Source: an uncultured delta proteobacterium (GTDB lineage Bacteria; Myxococcota_A; Polyangia; Polyangiales; Polyangiaceae). From it: 64,000 nt of DNA. The DNA is taken from positions 1 through 64,000 of the forward strand of contig CAVQUB010000021.1 in NCBI GenBank assembly GCA_963716725.1, in the 5' to 3' direction. Both the position numbers and the translations under genes were made by a program. Below are positions 59,486 through 64,000 of this stretch, in pieces. Below the pieces are notes generated by a model. The model searched no databases, was not told the DNA's origin, and worked only from the letters and a program-made list of their open reading frames with translations. Positions within the stretch are counted from its first letter, which is position 1. Every line of letters begins with the position of its first letter.

Positions 59486-62185
59486 ATGAAGAAAGCCCTC
59501 GCGTTCTCTGTTCTCGCCTTCGCTTCGAGTCTGGCGTTTTCGTGCGCCGAGAGTGAGACGGGCGCCACTGCGGTCGGCAGCTGCGGGGACGGCAAGGCCG
59601 CCGGCGTCGAGTTCTGCGATGGCGCCGACCTCGGAGGTCGCTCGTGCGTGACCGAGGGCTTCACCTCGGGACAGCTCGGGTGCAGCGCCAGCTGCACGAC
59701 TGACACCACCAAGTGCTGCAACGACCAGTGCATCAACGTGGGCGATACGACCTGCGAAGGCAACGCGCTGCGCACGTGCATGCAGGTGGCCGGGGCCTGC
59801 CGCACCTGGATCGAGAGCGAAGACTGCGCGAAGAGCGGAAAGACCTGCGCCAGCACCGGAGGCACCGCGACCTGCAAGAGCTCGAGCTGCCAGGACGCTT
59901 GCCCGACGGTCAACCAAACCCACTGCAACGGGACGGCGATCGAGCTTTGCACCGCTGGACCCGAGGGCTGCACGCTCTGGGCAGAGGCGAGTGACTGTGC
60001 CGACAAGAGCGAGACCTGCGACGACACCAGCGGGACCGCCCAGTGTTCGGGGACCTGCGTGGACGCCTGCAAGGCCGGGCAGCTCGAGTGCAGCGGCAAC
60101 GTGTTGCGCGAGTGCGCCACGACCGGCAGCGGTTGCCTGGGCTGGGTGACCAAGACCGACTGCGCACAGTCCGGGGGAGCCTGTTCGACGACCGGCGGAA
60201 CCGCCGCGTGCAGCTCCGGGTGTCCCGCCAACTGCAACAAGGCCGGCCTGCAGATCTGCTCGAACAACTCGGTTCAGACCTGCACCAAGGGCACGACTGG
60301 CTGCCTGGACTGGGTCAAGAGCCAAGACTGCGGGAGCTTGCTGTGCAAGCTCGGGGCCGGGGGCACCGCCAAATGCGAAGGCGTGTGCACGAACCCCTGT
60401 CCGACGCTGGCCGCGAAGCAGTGCAACGCCAACGTAGTCGAAGAGTGCCAAGCCACGACCGGCGGTTGCCAGGAGTGGAAGATCACCACGACTTGCCCGA
60501 TCGGCCAGGCCTGCGACGACACCGGCGGCACCTACAGCTGCAAGACGGCGACTCCGACGGGCGAAGACTGCGGACACGTCATCGTCGTGCAGAAGGGACT
60601 CAACACGATCAATTGGACGGCGAGCAAGAACGACTACCTCACGACCACGCCCGCGTGCTCGTTCTACGACGTGGACGGACCCGACGTCGTGCTGGTGTAT
60701 CAGCCGACCTTCACCGGCACCGTCGACTTCACCTTCGAGAAGCCCGCGGACAACCGCTGGGTTGCGGTCGTGGGCAGCGGCGTGTGTGGCAGCCTCGCGA
60801 ATCAGCTCTCCTGCGCCTCGGAGTACAGCGAGCCCTCGATGGGAGACAGCTTCCCGGTCACGGCCGGCACGACCTACTTCTTGTACGTCGCCGACACCAA
60901 CAGCGGCGCCGCGCCGCTCTCGAAGCCGCTGAAGCTGCAGATCGCCGAGATCAACTGCAGCACCTTCACCGCCAGCGCAGTGACCCTGAGCCCCGCCAAC
61001 GGCGCCACGACAACGTCGCTCAAGCCAAAGCTTCAGGTCACCTTCGAGACCGCCGTGAGCAACAGCGCCGGCACCGTCAAGGTGACGGGCAACAAGGGCA
61101 CGAACCTGACCTACAACGTCGCGTCCGCGAGCGAGATCAGCTTCTCGACCGACGACAAGACGATGCTGATCGAGCCGGTGAGCCCCTTCCCGCCCGGCGA
61201 GATCGTGACCGTGACCTGGACCGGCCTGGTCGATGCGAAATGCTCGAAGCCCGTCGCGGCGGCACCCTGGTCCTTCACCGTGGTCACTCCGCCCTGCACG
61301 CCGGGCAGCGCTGGCATGGTCGGCAAGACCGTGACCAAGCTGCCCACGGGCACCGCCTCGAGCTACCCGGTGGTCTACTACGTGGTGCCGGATCAGAACC
61401 CCACCGGCAACGTGTACTTCGGCGGCTCGACGGAGCTGTGGCGAGTGCCCAAGACCGGCGGCACCGGCGTCGAGATCACGAACACCGCGGGCCTCTCGTC
61501 GCTGCACCTGGGCTACGACCTGGTGATGAGCGGAACCGACCTCTTCACGGTCGAGTCCAAGTCGTCGGGCACGACGGGCTTCGTCTGGCGCATCTCCAAG
61601 GACACCGGCGCGACTTGGAACATCACTGACTTCGCGATCTTCCCCTCCGCTCCCCTCGACACCTTCGACTCGGCCAACTTGTACAAGGGCCGCATCTACA
61701 TGGTCACGACCGAGTCGGCGTCGTCGGCCAACCCGACGCAGATCTGGTCCGTCGACGCGCTGACCGCGGCCCCACCCGCGACCGCCAAGCTCGAGGCCAG
61801 CGTGCCGGGCGAGTCGTTTTGCATGGGTATCGCCGCGGACGACAAGCACTTCTACCTGACCTGCGGCACCGGCGACCGGCTGATCCGCGTCGACCGCGCG
61901 ACCTCGGCCGTCACCGTCCTCAGCGACGCCCTCGATCTGTCGACCACCCAGAACTACCTGCAAGCCAAGGACACGAACAACGACGGCAGCGCCGACTTCC
62001 TGTACTTCAAGGCCGGCGACGACCTCGTCTACTTCACCTGCAACCCCGCCGGCGCCACGCCCTACAGCGACGTGCTCGCGTCCTACGGCACGGGCTGGGG
62101 CAGCTACGGTCTCGGTTTCGACTCGGCTGCCAACAAGCTCTACGCCTGGGACGACGCCAGCTACGAGATCGTCACCATTCACTGA
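59486..62185 (+). CDS. Large Cys-rich lipoprotein with Ig-like and beta-propeller-like domains
   Basis: Lipobox AFSC; E.CDGADLGG.SC; repeated C..W...DC modules; GPDVV.Y; SPANGAT (Big_5-like). Confidence 0.8.
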   Translation: MKKALAFSVLAFASSLAFSCAESETGATAVGSCGDGKAAGVEFCDGADLGGRSCVTEGFTSGQLGCSASCTTDTTKCCNDQCINVGDTTCEGNALRTCMQVAGACRTWIESEDCAKSGKTCASTGGTATCKSSSCQDACPTVNQTHCNGTAIELCTAGPEGCTLWAEASDCADKSETCDDTSGTAQCSGTCVDACKAGQLECSGNVLRECATTGSGCLGWVTKTDCAQSGGACSTTGGTAACSSGCPANCNKAGLQICSNNSVQTCTKGTTGCLDWVKSQDCGSLLCKLGAGGTAKCEGVCTNPCPTLAAKQCNANVVEECQATTGGCQEWKITTTCPIGQACDDTGGTYSCKTATPTGEDCGHVIVVQKGLNTINWTASKNDYLTTTPACSFYDVDGPDVVLVYQPTFTGTVDFTFEKPADNRWVAVVGSGVCGSLANQLSCASEYSEPSMGDSFPVTAGTTYFLYVADTNSGAAPLSKPLKLQIAEINCSTFTASAVTLSPANGATTTSLKPKLQVTFETAVSNSAGTVKVTGNKGTNLTYNVASASEISFSTDDKTMLIEPVSPFPPGEIVTVTWTGLVDAKCSKPVAAAPWSFTVVTPPCTPGSAGMVGKTVTKLPTGTASSYPVVYYVVPDQNPTGNVYFGGSTELWRVPKTGGTGVEITNTAGLSSLHLGYDLVMSGTDLFTVESKSSGTTGFVWRISKDTGATWNITDFAIFPSAPLDTFDSANLYKGRIYMVTTESASSANPTQIWSVDALTAAPPATAKLEASVPGESFCMGIAADDKHFYLTCGTGDRLIRVDRATSAVTVLSDALDLSTTQNYLQAKDTNNDGSADFLYFKAGDDLVYFTCNPAGATPYSDVLASYGTGWGSYGLGFDSAANKLYAWDDASYEIVTIH

Positions 62186-62280
62186 TCTCGGCGAAATTTC
62201 AGCGGCGGCTCGCGGCGGCAGCCTCCCGACCCTGAGCGGTCGCCGTGAGGGCCGCGAGCGCTGCTAGACTCAGCAGCGTC

Positions 62281-62841
62281 ATGGCCGCTCCAGCGCGAAA
62301 GCGCGCCACCTACGACGATCTTCAGGGGACTCCGGACCACCTGGTGGCGGAGATCCTCGACGGCGAACTCGTCACTAGCCCGAGGCCAGGGTCCCCGCAC
62401 GCCCGAGCGGCATCCAGCTTGGGCGGCGAGCTCTACGGTCCCTTTGACAGAGGCCGCGGCGGGCCGGGAGGCTGGATCATTCTGGACGAACCGGAGCTGC
62501 ACTTGAACGGTGACGCGCTCGTGCCCGACCTCGCTGGCTGGCGGCGCGAACGCATGCCCACGCTCCCTCGAGTGCCAGCCTTCGAGCTCGCGCCCGATTG
62601 GGTGTGCGAGGTCTTGTCGCCATCGACCGCGCCCATCGACCGCACCCGCAAGCTGCCGATCTATGGTCGCGAACGAGTCGGCCACGTCTGGCTCGTGGAT
62701 CCCACCCTGCAAACGCTCGAGGTGTTGCGCCTCGACGGCGCCGGCTATCGCATCGTGGGAGCGTGGCAGGGCGATACGACTGTGCGGTGCGAGCCCTTCG
62801 AAGCGCACGCCATCCATCTCTCCGACCTGTGGTCCGCCTAG
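62281..62841 (+). CDS. Uma2-family endonuclease
   Basis: EILDGEL, VPDLAGW, APDWVCEVLSPST, K..Y, VWLVDP. Confidence 0.92.
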   Translation: MAAPARKRATYDDLQGTPDHLVAEILDGELVTSPRPGSPHARAASSLGGELYGPFDRGRGGPGGWIILDEPELHLNGDALVPDLAGWRRERMPTLPRVPAFELAPDWVCEVLSPSTAPIDRTRKLPIYGRERVGHVWLVDPTLQTLEVLRLDGAGYRIVGAWQGDTTVRCEPFEAHAIHLSDLWSA

Positions 62842-62952
62842 CGCTTCCGGCACGCTGCCGACCAGGACCTGGGCGAGGCCCGAGCGGCCGTGCGTCTTCA
62901 GGCCCTTCCGAGGTGCGCGACAGGGAAGGACGTCGCCGTCTTCGAGCTGCGC

Positions 62953-63552
62953 TCACGCCGCAGCGGCTGCGCTCACTCGCGCGACGCCCGCGATCTCGTA
63001 GGTGTCGGTGTACTCGTCACGCACTCGGCCCTGGTCGTCGATGAGCCACGGCGGCGCGTGCCGCCGCGGGACGCGGATCCGACCGTGATCGACGTAAGTG
63101 CCGAAGACCAGATCCCAGATCGGGCTGGTGACCCCGTGGTTGGTGCCCGGGTTCGAGAAGTGGTGCGACAAGTGGTGCCTGCGAGTCCAGCGGCTGTAGG
63201 GCCCGCGGGGCGCGTGCGTGTGCGTGCGACGGTGGGCGATCTCGTAGCTCGCATAAGTGACGGCGAAGCCCGCCACGAAGGACAGCGCGCGCCGGGGTCC
63301 GAACACCAGCGAACCGAGAGTGCCAAGGGCCGCGGCTGCGACTGCTGCGGTCTTCAGCTTGCGCTCGGTCGGCGTGAAGTAACGCGTGTCGGTGTGGTGG
63401 GCCTGGTGCTCGGTCCCGAAGTCTCCGTCGAAGAGCGTGGCCTTCTGGTCGCTCTTGCGTTGCTTCGGAGCGTGACCAGCGAATCGGTGAAGGGCGTACT
63501 CGGCGAAGCTCCAGGTGGCGGCGCCGGCGACGAAGGAGATGGGAGAAATCAT
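62953..63552 (-). CDS. Sterol desaturase / fatty-acid hydroxylase family protein
   Basis: EYALHRFAGH, HQAHH, YEIAHRRTH, HHLSHH, HGVTSPIWD. Confidence 0.9.
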   Translation of the reverse strand: MISPISFVAGAATWSFAEYALHRFAGHAPKQRKSDQKATLFDGDFGTEHQAHHTDTRYFTPTERKLKTAAVAAAALGTLGSLVFGPRRALSFVAGFAVTYASYEIAHRRTHTHAPRGPYSRWTRRHHLSHHFSNPGTNHGVTSPIWDLVFGTYVDHGRIRVPRRHAPPWLIDDQGRVRDEYTDTYEIAGVARVSAAAAA

Positions 63553-63627
63553 GATCGACCTCGAAGGCCTACCTGTAGCGCGGGACAGCCGCCGTGTCGC
63601 GTGCGCCTCGCTTTGCGGGGCTCCGCT

Positions 63628-64000
63628 TCAGAGCGTGAAGCCCAAGGCCGCGCCGAAATACGGCATGCTGAGCGCGCTACCGGGGGTGCACTCCGCTTGG
63701 CTGCTCGCGGGTGTGCACTCGATCGCACCCGCGTTCAGAACGTGACCCGCGCCCCCGTAGACCTTCCATGAGAAGCCGCTTTCGCCCCGGCCTTCGATCG
63801 CCAGCAGCCCCCCGCCGACGATGGCCGGTTTCCACGTTCGGTGCCGTCGGGTCGCTTGGTCCTCTCCACAGATCAGGCAGTCGTTGTCGGCGTCGTAGTT
63901 CCCGACCCCGAGGAAGGGTCCGCCCCCGACGGCGAATCCGCGCGTCAGGGGCACGCGGGCGCGGGGCCAAAGCGCGCCCTGGGGACCGTCAACGTTGTAA
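63628..64000 (-). CDS. Hypothetical outer-membrane protein, 5'-partial
   Basis: Amphipathic strands ending PYFGAALGFTL; runs toward the window edge. Confidence 0.5.
   Translation of the reverse strand, partial: YNVDGPQGALWPRARVPLTRGFAVGGGPFLGVGNYDADNDCLICGEDQATRRHRTWKPAIVGGGLLAIEGRGESGFSWKVYGGAGHVLNAGAIECTPASSQAECTPGSALSMPYFGAALGFTL

Noticed and set aside
58949..62182. 1077-aa minus-strand ORF, and similar long antisense ORFs such as 28454-30664, 7814-9811 and 51915-53636
   Set aside because: Shadow ORFs produced by high-GC codon bias opposite well-supported genes.

Overview
High-GC bacterial DNA with a myxobacterial (Polyangiaceae-like) gene repertoire: Ser/Thr kinases, PEGA/TPR proteins and Cys-rich lipoproteins. 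The taxon is inferred, not searched. About 1-16.3 kb is a stack of accessory/defence islands separated by two copies of a tmRNA-like 3' end (att-like cores at 8662-8686 and 14888-14912). These islands hold a type I R-M system whose HsdS has two near-duplicate target-recognition domains, an M48 peptidase, an unexplained three-gene cassette ending in an ART-like protein, a rhuM pseudogene, a deleted second hsdR, an XRE-ImmA/PIN pair and a ParE-type TA pair. About 16.4-27.8 kb encodes secreted proteins and lipoproteins plus a kinase-TPR/PEGA operon. 28.3-31.4 kb is a PLD-helicase-DUF3427 (SauUSI-like) nuclease. 31.4-47.6 kb is the most intriguing region: four ATP-grasp ligases, a glutamate-cysteine-ligase/CBS fusion, an M14 deacylase, a peptidase-like protein and two esterases (one with a probable CBM48 domain), most of them directly downstream of glycogen synthase. 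50.7-54.8 kb is a nest of mobile DNA: a mini-IS with a 27-bp tandem array, an HNH gene, and an IS1182-family transposase split by a 636-bp IR-bounded element carrying a GxxExxY gene. The remainder includes lipoproteins, udk, a miniature multicopper-oxidase fragment, a Uma2 nuclease and a fatty-acid hydroxylase. Two zones (about 1.2-6.3 kb and 40-47 kb) have many single-base frameshifts that are most likely sequencing/assembly errors. All family assignments come from motif recognition by eye.
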